A stretch of DNA of 64,000 nucleotides, taken from the IMG/VR virus record IMGVR_UViG_3300027777_000002, positions 2,559 to 66,558 of that record; one strand, 5' to 3'. Both the position numbers and the translations under genes were made by a program. Origin of the DNA: a virus. How positions within the stretch are numbered: the first letter of the stretch is position 1; each line of letters starts with the position of its first letter. The notes beneath the pieces were generated by a model, which saw only the letters and a list, made by a program, of their open reading frames with translations, was not told the DNA's origin and searched no databases. Shown here one piece after another: positions 17,277 to 26,459 of this stretch.

Positions 17277-17718
17277 TCGTAAACCCCGTGATATTGAAAC
17301 ACGCGAAAAAAGTCAAACTCGTGCTGTCTACCAACCGGCTGCAACACTACCAACACCTACACCTCAACATGGGTTTAGTTTTAGATGGGTAGCAACTGCA
17401 GTATTAGGACAGGATGTTCCAACTAACGTGTCACAGAAGTTCCGTGACGGTTACGAACCCGTGAAAGCGGCAGATCATCCTGAGTTAATGTTGCAGGGCA
17501 ATAGCAACGGTAACGTAGAAGTTGGTGGGTTAATGCTCTGCAAGATACCTACTGAGAAGTTAGAGGCACGACAAGAGTATTACGAGAAACAAGCAGAAGA
17601 CCAAATGAATTCGGTTGATAACCATTTCATGCGGAATAACGATGCTCGGATGCCTTTGTTTTCGGAGAGAAAATCTACGTCAACTAGGGGACCCGGGTTT
17701 GGAAGCGGTACTAAATAA
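17266..17718 (+). CDS. conserved head-region protein
   Basis: FRWV, GYEPV and VGGLMLCKIP motifs typical of this phage head cluster. Confidence 0.7.
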   Translation: MATSRKPRDIETREKSQTRAVYQPAATLPTPTPQHGFSFRWVATAVLGQDVPTNVSQKFRDGYEPVKAADHPELMLQGNSNGNVEVGGLMLCKIPTEKLEARQEYYEKQAEDQMNSVDNHFMRNNDARMPLFSERKSTSTRGPGFGSGTK

Positions 17719-17731
17719 TTAGGAGATTTTT

Positions 17732-18388
17732 ATGGCTACAGTATCTAGCCCCTACGGGCTAAAGCCGATCAGTATGATCGGTGGTCAGTCATTTACTGGC
17801 GGTACAATCCGTGAGTATTTGATGACTACAAACAACTCAGCCGCCATTTATAATGGTGACTTGGTTCAACTCGGCGCAGCTGCTGCCGGTCAACCAACTG
17901 TTGTAACCTCTACTCCAACAACAAGCTCTGTCGGTATTGTAGGAGTTTGCGTTGGTGTACGCTATCAGTTGGCTGGTCAGCAATTAGGCTACCCATTGTT
18001 TGCTCAGTATTTACCAGCTAACGCTGTAACTGCTGGTTACACAAACATTTTCATTCGTGTAGTAGAAGATCCAGATCAACTGTACCAAGTACAGTCTTTG
18101 GGTTCTATTGGCTACGGTTCTATCGGTAAGACAATTGCTTTGGCAAACTTCTCCGCTGGTACATCTAGCTCAACTGGTAACACAACTTCTGGTAATTCAG
18201 TTGTTGCATTGTCAGCTACTGTTGCTAACACGAGCGCGTTGGCGTGCAAAATTGTTGACTTGGTTAACTCCAGCTCTACATTTGGCGGCAACTTCCCATC
18301 TAACCCCGGTGATGCGTATACCGACTGTATCGTTAAGTTAAACTTTGGCGTACATTCGTACTATCAATCCGCTGGAACAACTGCTTAA
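17732..18388 (+). CDS. probable capsid decoration/minor head protein
   Basis: PYGLKP N-terminus; S/T/A/G-rich; directly before the MCP. Confidence 0.6.
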   Translation: MATVSSPYGLKPISMIGGQSFTGGTIREYLMTTNNSAAIYNGDLVQLGAAAAGQPTVVTSTPTTSSVGIVGVCVGVRYQLAGQQLGYPLFAQYLPANAVTAGYTNIFIRVVEDPDQLYQVQSLGSIGYGSIGKTIALANFSAGTSSSTGNTTSGNSVVALSATVANTSALACKIVDLVNSSSTFGGNFPSNPGDAYTDCIVKLNFGVHSYYQSAGTTA

Positions 18389-18402
18389 TAAAGGAGCTAT
18401 AA

Positions 18403-19320
18403 ATGGCTATTTCACGTTCACAACTCCTTAAAGAGTTACTCCCCGGTCTAAACGCATTGTTTGGTTTAGAGTACAAGCGCTATGGCGAAGAGCATAAAGA
18501 GATTTATGAAACTGAAGCCTCTGAGCGTTCATTTGAAGAAGAGACAAAGTTGTCTGGTTTCTCGGCTGCTCCAGTCAAGAACGAAGGCGGCGCAATCTCT
18601 TATGACAATGCGCAAGAAGCTTTCACAGCTCGCTATACACACGAAACTATCGCTTTGGGCTTCTCAGTTACTGAAGAAGCTATTGAAGATAACTTGTATG
18701 ACTCATTGTCTGCTCGTTACACCAAAGCACTAGCTCGTGCAATGTCTTATACCAAACAGGTTAAAGCAGCTTCTGTATTGAACAACGGTTTCACAAACAG
18801 CGCTAACTACTACGGTGGTGATGGCGTTCCTTTGTTCAGCACTGCTCACCCATTGGTATCTGGCGGCACAAACAGCAACACATTCTCAACCCAATCTGAC
18901 TTGAATGAGACTTCTTTGGAAGCCGCTACAATTCAAATCGCTGCTTGGACTGACGAGCGTGGTCTGTTGATCGCTGCTAAGCCACGTAAATTGGTTATCC
19001 CACCAGCATTGATGTTCGTTGCTACACGTCTGTTAGAGACCACACTCCGTGTTGGTACAACTAACAATGACATTAACGCAATTAAGAACAACGGTACCGT
19101 TCCAGAAGGTTACACTGTTAACCACTTCTTGACCGATACAAATGCTTGGTTCTTGTTAACCGATGTACCTAACGGCTTGAAGCATTTCGAGCGCACTCCG
19201 CTACAAAATAGCATGGATGGTGACTTTGATACAGGTAACGTACGCTACAAATCACGCGAGCGTTATAGCTTTGGTTGGTCTGATCCATTGGGAGCCTTTG
19301 GCTCTTCTGGCTCGTTCTAA
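18403..19320 (+). CDS. major capsid protein (Mu gpT-like)
   Basis: MAISRSQLLKELLPGLNALFGLEY...GDGVPLFSTAHP...RERYSFGWSDP; strong RBS and biased codons. Confidence 0.9.
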   Translation: MAISRSQLLKELLPGLNALFGLEYKRYGEEHKEIYETEASERSFEEETKLSGFSAAPVKNEGGAISYDNAQEAFTARYTHETIALGFSVTEEAIEDNLYDSLSARYTKALARAMSYTKQVKAASVLNNGFTNSANYYGGDGVPLFSTAHPLVSGGTNSNTFSTQSDLNETSLEAATIQIAAWTDERGLLIAAKPRKLVIPPALMFVATRLLETTLRVGTTNNDINAIKNNGTVPEGYTVNHFLTDTNAWFLLTDVPNGLKHFERTPLQNSMDGDFDTGNVRYKSRERYSFGWSDPLGAFGSSGSF

Positions 19321-19335
19321 TCGGACTTGTCCTAC

Positions 19336-19367
19336 AAAAAACCCAGCTCACAAGGCTGGGTTTTTTT
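19336..19367. terminator. bidirectional intrinsic terminator after the MCP
   Basis: AAAAAACCCAGC-loop-GCTGGGTTTTTTT. Confidence 0.85.
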
Positions 19368-19698
19368 CATTGTGGTGATGGATTCTGTGGCAGTTAGCGC
19401 ATAGAACTATGCACTTAGTTATTTCTTTGTACGCTTTTTTAAATTGACCGTTTGACACTAGTCGGTTTACGTTGTACTCTTTTTTGCTTGGGTCTTCGTG
19501 ATGAAAATCCAAAGCCGCTATGTGGTCAAACCCGCATTTAGTACACTTAAGGGCGCCTTTAAACTTGTACCATTCTTCTTTTTGAACGGCTTTATTGCTT
19601 TTAGTTCGCTGGATTGTTTCTTCTTGGTTAGCCAAGTAATGCTTACGGCTGTACTCCTTGTGCTTTTGTTTTCTTACGTTCACGTCTTTGTATGGCAT
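19348..19698 (-). CDS. HNH endonuclease-like protein
   Basis: CTKCG...LDFHH...KCIVLCANCHRIHH; start reassigned to MPYKD. Confidence 0.85.
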   Translation of the reverse strand: MPYKDVNVRKQKHKEYSRKHYLANQEETIQRTKSNKAVQKEEWYKFKGALKCTKCGFDHIAALDFHHEDPSKKEYNVNRLVSNGQFKKAYKEITKCIVLCANCHRIHHHNEKNPAL

Positions 19699-20131
19699 CA
19701 GGATCGACCTTATATTTCCAGTAGCAAGCGTTTTTAAAAGACCACGGTTGTCCGGGAGTATACATCTTAAAACCAGCATTGATCAAAGAATTAGCGCTAG
19801 CGGGGTTATTTGTTGTATCAGTAATGCACCAGTTCCAACCTAGTTTCTTTGCTTGAGCCAACCTAGCTTTTATTAAACGCAGTTGCAATCCGTGTCCTGT
19901 AAAGCCATCCATTACACCCGCTCTACATAAATAACCTGTATCTGTCCACTTGATCGAGCGGACCAAACCCGCAAAGCCTACAGGTTTTCCACATTCGGCA
20001 TACGCAACCCACCAATGACCTCGATCCGGTTTGTATGGCGTATCGTCCGGAAGTATTTTCCTTTGTAGAAAAAGTAGTGTGGTTTGAACTGATGGGACTC
20101 TGATGTCCACTTTTTTTACTGTAAATTTCAT
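19643..20131 (-). CDS. GNAT acetyltransferase
   Basis: PVGFAG, RAGV..FTGHGLQ (motif A), NPASANSLINAGF; start reassigned to MKFTV. Confidence 0.85.
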   Translation of the reverse strand: MKFTVKKVDIRVPSVQTTLLFLQRKILPDDTPYKPDRGHWWVAYAECGKPVGFAGLVRSIKWTDTGYLCRAGVMDGFTGHGLQLRLIKARLAQAKKLGWNWCITDTTNNPASANSLINAGFKMYTPGQPWSFKNACYWKYKVDPDAIQRRERKKTKAQGVQP

Positions 20132-20201
20132 TACCCATAATCCCCCAAAATATTTATCTGTTTTACCCATTTTACAGAAAAACCATGTATACTACGGCTA
20201 A

Positions 20202-20269
20202 CTGGGTGATGCTCTTACCGGACTGCCCCAGCAGACGATGCAACGATTGGTAAGAGTGATCTTTTGCAT
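20202..20269 (+). ncRNA. structured RNA, probably the Mu-gpT-DE motif
   Basis: Interleaved stems CTGGG/CCCAG, CTCTTACC/GGTAAGAG and ATGCAA/TTGCAT downstream of a gpT-like gene; family name from recall. Confidence 0.7.
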
Positions 20270-20283
20270 AAGGACAATTTATA

Positions 20284-20985
20284 ATGGCACGTTCCACTTT
20301 TGAAGGCCCGATTTTATCTGGCGACAACCGTTTTGGCCCACTACGTAACGTAGGCTACGCACAATTAGTACAAAACGTCGATTTAGACTTTGCTAATACT
20401 ACAGCTGGTACCATCACATACAGCGGCGGTTCAGGCGTTTTTGTAGCATCTAATGGTATTCCTAACGTAGCTGGCACGGTTTACACCCCATCTGCAAGCA
20501 CATTTCCTTCAGTAGTTCAGACTATTCCTGCTGATACAGCTACTAACATCTATCGTGGCGCTGTATTTTATGTACCTACTGGCTCTGACTTAGACAACAT
20601 TTATGTTGATTGCTTGGTTCCAGCAGCTGTTTCAGGCGGTAGTGCAGCTCTTACTTCTGTTACTGCTTATATTTCTAACAACTACACAGCTGCTGCCGGT
20701 ACCGCCGCTTATTTTAAAACTGGCGCTATTTCAACAGCTGGTCGTCAGGCTCTCTCAACATTTACAGCTACTCAGATGGCTAATCAGAGCGCAACTTCTA
20801 CAGATATTTTACAAGCTAACGGCTATCCAAATATCTCCCAAGTTGTTGTAACTCTTGCTATTGTTGGTACTGCACTAGATACGTTGACAGCCTTGACAGG
20901 TAAATACAACTTTACTTTACAGTACACACAGCCTGACAACAACATTGGTACTACAACTGCTTACCCATACGGTAACTTTGACTAA
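20284..20985 (+). CDS. virion structural protein
   Basis: MARSTFEGP N-terminus typical of the gene after the MCP in these phages; A/T/G-rich. Confidence 0.7.
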   Translation: MARSTFEGPILSGDNRFGPLRNVGYAQLVQNVDLDFANTTAGTITYSGGSGVFVASNGIPNVAGTVYTPSASTFPSVVQTIPADTATNIYRGAVFYVPTGSDLDNIYVDCLVPAAVSGGSAALTSVTAYISNNYTAAAGTAAYFKTGAISTAGRQALSTFTATQMANQSATSTDILQANGYPNISQVVVTLAIVGTALDTLTALTGKYNFTLQYTQPDNNIGTTTAYPYGNFD

Positions 20986-20994
20986 TTAATCCCG

Positions 20995-21015
20995 GGGGAC
21001 TTCGGTCTCCTTTTT
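20995..21015 (+). terminator. intrinsic terminator
   Basis: GGGGAC-TTCG-GTCTCC followed by TTTTT. Confidence 0.8.
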
Positions 21016-21034
21016 AAAATTTAGGAGATTAAAT

Positions 21035-21529
21035 ATGTCGATGCAATATGATGTAAAGTCATTTCATGTAATGGCTGGTACGCCAACTACGGTAAATACC
21101 TCTCGCACACGTTTAAAAGGTGCAGTGGTATCAAATACTAATGCTGGTGTAGCGGCAAACGTAACATTTTCAAACAATTCTACTGTTACTGGAACTTATA
21201 ACGTCCCCGGCACAACCACTTGTACAATAACAACTTCAACTCCACATGGGTTGACTACTGGAAATCGTATTTGGGTGGATTTTACTTCTGGTACTTCTAC
21301 AGATAATACTTACACTGTTACTGTTTCATCTACTACTGTTTTTACAATTACCGTTACTTCAGCTACAACTTCTGGCAACGTAACTATTTACCCACAGACT
21401 TTAATGGAAATAGATATTACATATAGTGTTCCAGTTTGCGTAATTGTTCCAGGCGAAGGTATTTTAGCAACGGACGGTATTTTTGTAGGTGTCCCAGTAA
21501 ACATTGGCGCAACGGTATTTTATGGCTAA
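21035..21529 (+). CDS. virion structural protein with inserted T-rich beta domain
   Basis: MQYDVKS...PGEGIL...TVFYG scaffold with a TPHGLTTG (FCCH-like) insert. Confidence 0.65.
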   Translation: MSMQYDVKSFHVMAGTPTTVNTSRTRLKGAVVSNTNAGVAANVTFSNNSTVTGTYNVPGTTTCTITTSTPHGLTTGNRIWVDFTSGTSTDNTYTVTVSSTTVFTITVTSATTSGNVTIYPQTLMEIDITYSVPVCVIVPGEGILATDGIFVGVPVNIGATVFYG

Positions 21530-21779
21530 GAAAAAAGGCGTCTCTCTTGCGATTGGTCGTGGTGAAAAGCTGCCTGTATCTAAGGGCGCTGGGCTTACCG
21601 CCAAAGGTCGTGCTAAATATAATGCGGCTACTGGCTCACATTTAAAAGCCCCACAACCTGAAGGTGGTCCTCGTAAGAAGTCGTTTTGTGCTCGTATGTC
21701 TGGTATGCCCGGTCCTATGAAAGATGAGAACGGCAAACCTACTCGTAAGGCAGCTAGCTTGAAAAGGTGGAAATGCTAA
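21522..21779 (+). CDS. small basic conserved phage protein
   Basis: GLTAKGR...RKKSFCARMSG...SLKRWKC; start reassigned to MAKKKG. Confidence 0.75.
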   Translation: MAKKKGVSLAIGRGEKLPVSKGAGLTAKGRAKYNAATGSHLKAPQPEGGPRKKSFCARMSGMPGPMKDENGKPTRKAASLKRWKC

Positions 21780-21970
21780 TGAAAGATGTAATTGAACACG
21801 TAAGCGAGCCTGCAAAACACGTTGTGGATGCGCTGTCTATATTAACAGTGCTAGGAACTCTCGTGGAAATACTACCGGCTATTGCCGCTTTGTTGTCTAT
21901 TGTTTGGTCTTTGCTGCGTATCTATGAAAGCAAGACTGTTCAACGTTGGCTAGGGAAAAAAGATGAGTGA
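21779..21970 (+). CDS. small membrane protein (holin-like)
   Basis: Hydrophobic LPAIAALLSIVWSLLRIYE segment with a basic C-terminus. Confidence 0.6.
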   Translation: MKDVIEHVSEPAKHVVDALSILTVLGTLVEILPAIAALLSIVWSLLRIYESKTVQRWLGKKDE

Positions 21971-22286
21971 TGATTTAGAATCCAAATATCCCGGCGCTAA
22001 AATAACTAAAGGTGGAGCACAACCTGCTCCTGAAGGATATAGCCCTAACAGAATAGGTGAAAACAAGGTTGAAATGGAAGTACCCCGCAATCGTTCTGAC
22101 GCACGTACATTAGCGCCATATGAAATAAAAGCAGCTAAGTTTAGTAAAACTGGTGGAGGCGGTAGTAGTGGTACAGGCGGTGCAGGTGAAATTAAATCCC
22201 TACAAAATCCTAGAGCTATGAAAGCAGGCGGTAAAGTGTTTCGTCACCATGATGGCATAGCACAAAGAGGTAAAACCCGTGCCTAG
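21963..22286 (+). CDS. small basic G-rich protein
   Basis: Ends MKAGGKV...DGIAQRGKTRA. Confidence 0.75.
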   Translation: MSDDLESKYPGAKITKGGAQPAPEGYSPNRIGENKVEMEVPRNRSDARTLAPYEIKAAKFSKTGGGGSSGTGGAGEIKSLQNPRAMKAGGKVFRHHDGIAQRGKTRA

Positions 22287-22599
22287 TACGTCTAAAAAAC
22301 AGCACAACTTCATGGCGGCAATTGCGCACAATCCTGCGTTTGCTAAAAAAGTTGGTGTTCCGCAGTCTGTTGGGCAAGAGTTTGATAAAGCCGATAAAGG
22401 CAAGAAATTTAAAAAAGGCGGCATGATGGATAAAGAAGATAAAAAACAAGACATTGCTATGATTAAGAAAGCGTTCAAAGAGCACGATGCTCAAGAACAC
22501 AAAGGCGGTAAGGGCACTAAACTTACTCTTAAAAAAGGTGGCTCTGTAAAGGGGCATGGTTGTGAATTTAAAGGTAAAACCAAAGGAAAAATGCTATGA
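22279..22599 (+). CDS. small basic conserved phage protein
   Basis: MPSTSKKQHNFMAAIAHNPAFAKKVG; FKKGG and LKKGG motifs. Confidence 0.8.
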   Translation: MPSTSKKQHNFMAAIAHNPAFAKKVGVPQSVGQEFDKADKGKKFKKGGMMDKEDKKQDIAMIKKAFKEHDAQEHKGGKGTKLTLKKGGSVKGHGCEFKGKTKGKML

Positions 22600-22814
22600 A
22601 AATGAAAGAAACTATGGGACCAACAAAATCAATGTCTAAAGATGTTGAGAAATTTCCTCAATTTGAAAGCCACGACGCTGCTATGAAAAAACACGGCGCT
22701 GGTCACACATCGCAGCACGACATGATTGCTGAGCATAAAGCTGGACACATGGCGCACCACGAAGCTGTTGCTAAGATGTGCGGTGGTGGTATGTACGGTA
22801 AAAAAGGTAAGTAA
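22596..22814 (+). CDS. small His-rich protein
   Basis: HKAGHMAHHE...MCGGG; coupled to neighbours. Confidence 0.7.
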   Translation: MKMKETMGPTKSMSKDVEKFPQFESHDAAMKKHGAGHTSQHDMIAEHKAGHMAHHEAVAKMCGGGMYGKKGK

Positions 22815-23041
22815 TGAAAGCCAGTCGTGGCATGGGTGATATTAACCCTGCTAAACAACCTAAAGTTACTAAGAGCGCTGTGCTTTTAAATAGTGGTGGT
22901 AAGCCCGGACTTTATGCAAATATTCATAAAAAGCAAGCACGTATTGCGGCTGGCTCTGGTGAAAAGATGCGTCCTGTTGGGGCTAAAGGCGCGCCTACTA
23001 AAGCGGACTTTATTAAATCTGCTAAAACAGCGAGGAAATAA
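22814..23041 (+). CDS. small basic protein
   Basis: MKASRGMG...GLYANIH...GSGEKMR...GAPT motifs. Confidence 0.75.
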   Translation: MKASRGMGDINPAKQPKVTKSAVLLNSGGKPGLYANIHKKQARIAAGSGEKMRPVGAKGAPTKADFIKSAKTARK

Positions 23042-23044
23042 TAA

Positions 23045-23242
23045 GTGAAAGACTTCATGCAAACTCAGATTGAAGCATCTGAGCGGTTGTATAACATGAT
23101 GTTGGAAGACCACAAAGAACGTGTCAGAGACATGGCAATGTGGGCAGATACAAGCGTTGGTTTAATGCGTAAGTTAGATGAACGTGATGCAGAAATAAAG
23201 AAGTTGCGTGAAGAAATTGCAATTTTAAAAGCGAGTAAGTAA
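23045..23242 (+). CDS. small coiled-coil hypothetical protein
   Basis: 65 aa filling the operon gap. Confidence 0.6.
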   Translation: MKDFMQTQIEASERLYNMMLEDHKERVRDMAMWADTSVGLMRKLDERDAEIKKLREEIAILKASK

Positions 23243-24207
23243 TGGCATATACAACTGGAACTACGGCGTTCAATTTAGATTTAAACGATCTGATTGAAGA
23301 AGCATTTGAGCGCTGCGGCTCTGAGCTACGCTCGGGTTATGACTTTAGAACTGCTAGAAGAAGTTTAAATTTGCTGACAATTGAGTGGGCTAACAGAGGC
23401 ATCAATCTATGGACTATCGAGCAAGGTGTTATTAACATGGTACAGGGTCAAGCATCATACCCAGTCCCTTCCGATACTATTGACCTCTTAGAGCACCAGA
23501 TTCGTACCAACATCAACAGTCAAGCAAACCAGACTGATATTAACATCAGCCGAATCAGCGTTTCAACATACGCCACCATCCCAAATAAACTAGCGCAAGG
23601 CAGGCCAATTCAAGTTTGGTTCCAACGTTTAACCGGCGATACAAATGATGGGTTTTGCACACTGGCATCCGCCATCTCGAGCACAGCGACAACAATTAAC
23701 TTAACTGGGTCAGGCGTTGCTAACTTAGCAAGCACCGGGTTTATTCAGTTAGATTCAGAAGTTATTTATTATCAGTATGCTCAAGTTGACACACCTACTA
23801 CTTGTACCCTAAATAATTGCGTACGTGCGCAAAACAACGCAACAGCGGCGACTCATACAGCAACAACTAAAGTCTACGTACCACAGCTACCCAATGTGAA
23901 TGTCTGGCCTACACCAGATCAGGGTTCGGCAACACAACCGTATTATCAGTTCGTTTATTGGCGGCTACGCCGCATTCAGGATGCAGGCAATGGCGTTAAT
24001 ATTCAAGATATTCCGTTCAGATTTATTCCTTGTATGGTTGCTGGTTTGGCTTATTATCTCTCTTTAAAGCTGCCGGGTATGGACCCAACTCGTGTTATGG
24101 GTTTAAAGCAAGACTATGAACAACAATTTGATTTAGCTGCGGCTGAAGATCGTGAAACCGCTCCAGTTCGCTGGGTACCTCGTAGGCAATATATCGGGGG
24201 TGCATAA
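23242..24207 (+). CDS. probable head-tail adaptor / tail tubular A-like protein
   Basis: IEEAFERCG, ARRSLNLL..EWANRG, VWPTPD and AGLAYY motifs. Confidence 0.6.
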   Translation: MAYTTGTTAFNLDLNDLIEEAFERCGSELRSGYDFRTARRSLNLLTIEWANRGINLWTIEQGVINMVQGQASYPVPSDTIDLLEHQIRTNINSQANQTDINISRISVSTYATIPNKLAQGRPIQVWFQRLTGDTNDGFCTLASAISSTATTINLTGSGVANLASTGFIQLDSEVIYYQYAQVDTPTTCTLNNCVRAQNNATAATHTATTKVYVPQLPNVNVWPTPDQGSATQPYYQFVYWRLRRIQDAGNGVNIQDIPFRFIPCMVAGLAYYLSLKLPGMDPTRVMGLKQDYEQQFDLAAAEDRETAPVRWVPRRQYIGGA

Positions 24208-24626
24208 TGCCTAATAAGTTTAGTTCTGGCAAATTTGCAATTGCCCAGTGCGATAGGTGTGATTTTCGATTTAAGCTGGTGGATTTAAAAACAGAGATTA
24301 TTAAGACCAAACCGTATAAGATTAAAGTTTGTAACACCTGTTGGGATCCTGACCATCCTCAGTTACAATTGGGCATGTATCCTGTGAATGACCCACAAGC
24401 AGTTCGGGAACCACGCAGAGACAACAGTTATTACCAGTCTGGCTTTGACGGTTTACAGATAAATACTGTGGCTAACAACAACACCGTGCAGTCTTTTGGT
24501 GTGCCAGCAGGCGGTAGCCGTGTTATACAGTGGAGTTGGAACCCGGTAGGGCAGCATTATGATTTTGGTGAAACGCCCAATTATTTAGTAACACAAGGGC
24601 AAGTTGGTAACGTAACAATTAACTAG
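24207..24626 (+). CDS. CxxC zinc-finger virion-associated protein
   Basis: CDRC...VCNTCWDPDHPQL. Confidence 0.7.
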   Translation: MPNKFSSGKFAIAQCDRCDFRFKLVDLKTEIIKTKPYKIKVCNTCWDPDHPQLQLGMYPVNDPQAVREPRRDNSYYQSGFDGLQINTVANNNTVQSFGVPAGGSRVIQWSWNPVGQHYDFGETPNYLVTQGQVGNVTIN

Positions 24627-24635
24627 GAGTAGAAA

Positions 24636-24821
24636 ATGACATTCAAAAGCGGAGCAAACGGAATTGCAAAAAAGGGTAAAACTAAAGGTAAAAACTTTGG
24701 TGACTCAGGTCCAAACGTCGGCATTACTAAAGAAATTAAAGGTAAGGGCGGCAAGACTAATGAAAACATGAAGTCTATGGGTCGTAACATGGCTAAAATA
24801 GCAGCTCAAAGAGGTAAGTAA
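24636..24821 (+). CDS. small basic protein
   Basis: NGIAKKGKTKG and MGRNMAK motifs; AGGAG RBS. Confidence 0.7.
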   Translation: MTFKSGANGIAKKGKTKGKNFGDSGPNVGITKEIKGKGGKTNENMKSMGRNMAKIAAQRGK

Positions 24822-24823
24822 TC

Positions 24824-25066
24824 ATGGCGATTAACAACAAACCGGCGGAAACATATGCTCCGCCACATACAATGAGCGGGGCTAAAGTCGGTAATGAATT
24901 ACCAGCTATGTCTACAGAATCGGGCGCGGAGTTTTTAAAGCAAGCCAACATCTCTGTAGGCACTACAAGCAAAGGCAACTACGCTCCGACTAAAACTTCT
25001 GGCATTCAAGTGCGTGGCGGTAAAGCGCAAACTAAAGGCAAGATGGCTCGTGGGCCAATGGCCTAG
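24824..25066 (+). CDS. small hypothetical protein
   Basis: C-terminal KTSGIQVRGGKAQTKGKMARGPMA. Confidence 0.7.
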   Translation: MAINNKPAETYAPPHTMSGAKVGNELPAMSTESGAEFLKQANISVGTTSKGNYAPTKTSGIQVRGGKAQTKGKMARGPMA

Positions 25067-25080
25067 TAGGGTAAACCCGA

Positions 25081-26010
25081 ATGAATTACGTAAATCTGTA
25101 TCAGGCAATACAAGACTACTCTGAAAATACTGAAGCGTTATTTATTGCCAACATACCTACTTTTGTACAGCAGGCGGAAGAGCGTATTTACAATTCGGTT
25201 CAAATTCCAGCACTACGTAAAAACGTAACGGGCACGCTTACGTCTAGTAACAAATATTTGTCTTGCCCTAATGATTATTTGTCTACGTATTCAATGGCGG
25301 TTATTGATGCTGATGGCGTTTATAGTTACTTGTTAAATAAAGATGTTAACTTTATACGTGAAGCTTATCCCCAACCTACTGACACTGGTTTGCCTAAATA
25401 CTACGCTTTGTTTGGTTCTCAATACAGTAATCCAAATGAGTTATCTTTTATTCTTGGGCCAACTCCCAGCGGTAACTATGGCGTAGAACTTCATTATTTT
25501 TACTACCCTGTTTCTATTGTGCAGGGCGCTATTGCATTAGGTTCTATTACTGCAGCCGGTTCTTTATACACTAACGGGATATACGCTAATGTACCTTTAA
25601 CAGGTGGAAATGGTTCCGGTGCAACTGCAAATATTACTGTTTCTGGAGAAGCTGTTACTTCTGTAGCCATTGAAAATGGCGGTCAGTTTTATGCTGTTGG
25701 TGATGTTTTATCGTGTTCTAACTCTTATATTGGTGGATCCGGTTCCAGTTTTGCGTATACTGTTTCTAGTGTTAATAACGCTTCTGGTACAAGCTGGCTT
25801 GGCGATAACTACGACCCAGTACTGTTTTATGGCGCTATGCGGGAAGCAATGTTGTTTATGAAGGGCGAGCAGGACTTGGTTGGTTACTATGAAACCAAAT
25901 ATCAAGAAGCGCTTGGACAACTTAGACGTTTGGGTGATGGTTTGGAGCGTGGCGATGCGTATCGTGACGGGCAGCTTAAAATTGATGTTAGCGGTAAAGG
26001 TAGGGCATAA
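25081..26010 (+). CDS. probable neck/adaptor protein with inserted beta domain
   Basis: IQDYSEN...FVQQAEERI...GLPKYY...GPTP...SWLGDN scaffold with a G/S-rich insert. Confidence 0.6.
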   Translation: MNYVNLYQAIQDYSENTEALFIANIPTFVQQAEERIYNSVQIPALRKNVTGTLTSSNKYLSCPNDYLSTYSMAVIDADGVYSYLLNKDVNFIREAYPQPTDTGLPKYYALFGSQYSNPNELSFILGPTPSGNYGVELHYFYYPVSIVQGAIALGSITAAGSLYTNGIYANVPLTGGNGSGATANITVSGEAVTSVAIENGGQFYAVGDVLSCSNSYIGGSGSSFAYTVSSVNNASGTSWLGDNYDPVLFYGAMREAMLFMKGEQDLVGYYETKYQEALGQLRRLGDGLERGDAYRDGQLKIDVSGKGRA

Positions 26011-26450
26011 TGGCTATTCAACAAGGTCAATGCACCATTTTCTACCAAAACGTGCTTAGCGGGTTGGAAAACTTTAATACCGGCACGTCTTATACCTACA
26101 AGATTGCCCTATACACAGGGCTAGCTAACCTTAATAATTCAACCCTAACGTACACTACACAGAATGAAATTACAGGTACTGGCTATACGGCTGGGGGCAA
26201 AACCCTAACTATTACTCAAATCCCCACATCAGACTTTACCAGCAGCACCTCCTATATTAGTTTTGCTGATGTGGTTTGGAACCCAGCTAGCTTTACGGCT
26301 AGGTGCGCATTAATTTATAATAGTACGACAAATGCGGCTGTAGCCGTTTTAGACTTTGGATCAGATAAAACGAATACGGCTGCTGGAACATTTACGGTTA
26401 CTTTCCCAACGGCAACATCAACAAATGCCATTATTAGATTTACAAATTAA
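26010..26450 (+). CDS. virion structural protein
   Basis: KIALYT...GYTAGG...ALIYN...VLDFG motif series. Confidence 0.7.
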   Translation: MAIQQGQCTIFYQNVLSGLENFNTGTSYTYKIALYTGLANLNNSTLTYTTQNEITGTGYTAGGKTLTITQIPTSDFTSSTSYISFADVVWNPASFTARCALIYNSTTNAAVAVLDFGSDKTNTAAGTFTVTFPTATSTNAIIRFTN

Positions 26451-26459
26451 GGAGTATTT

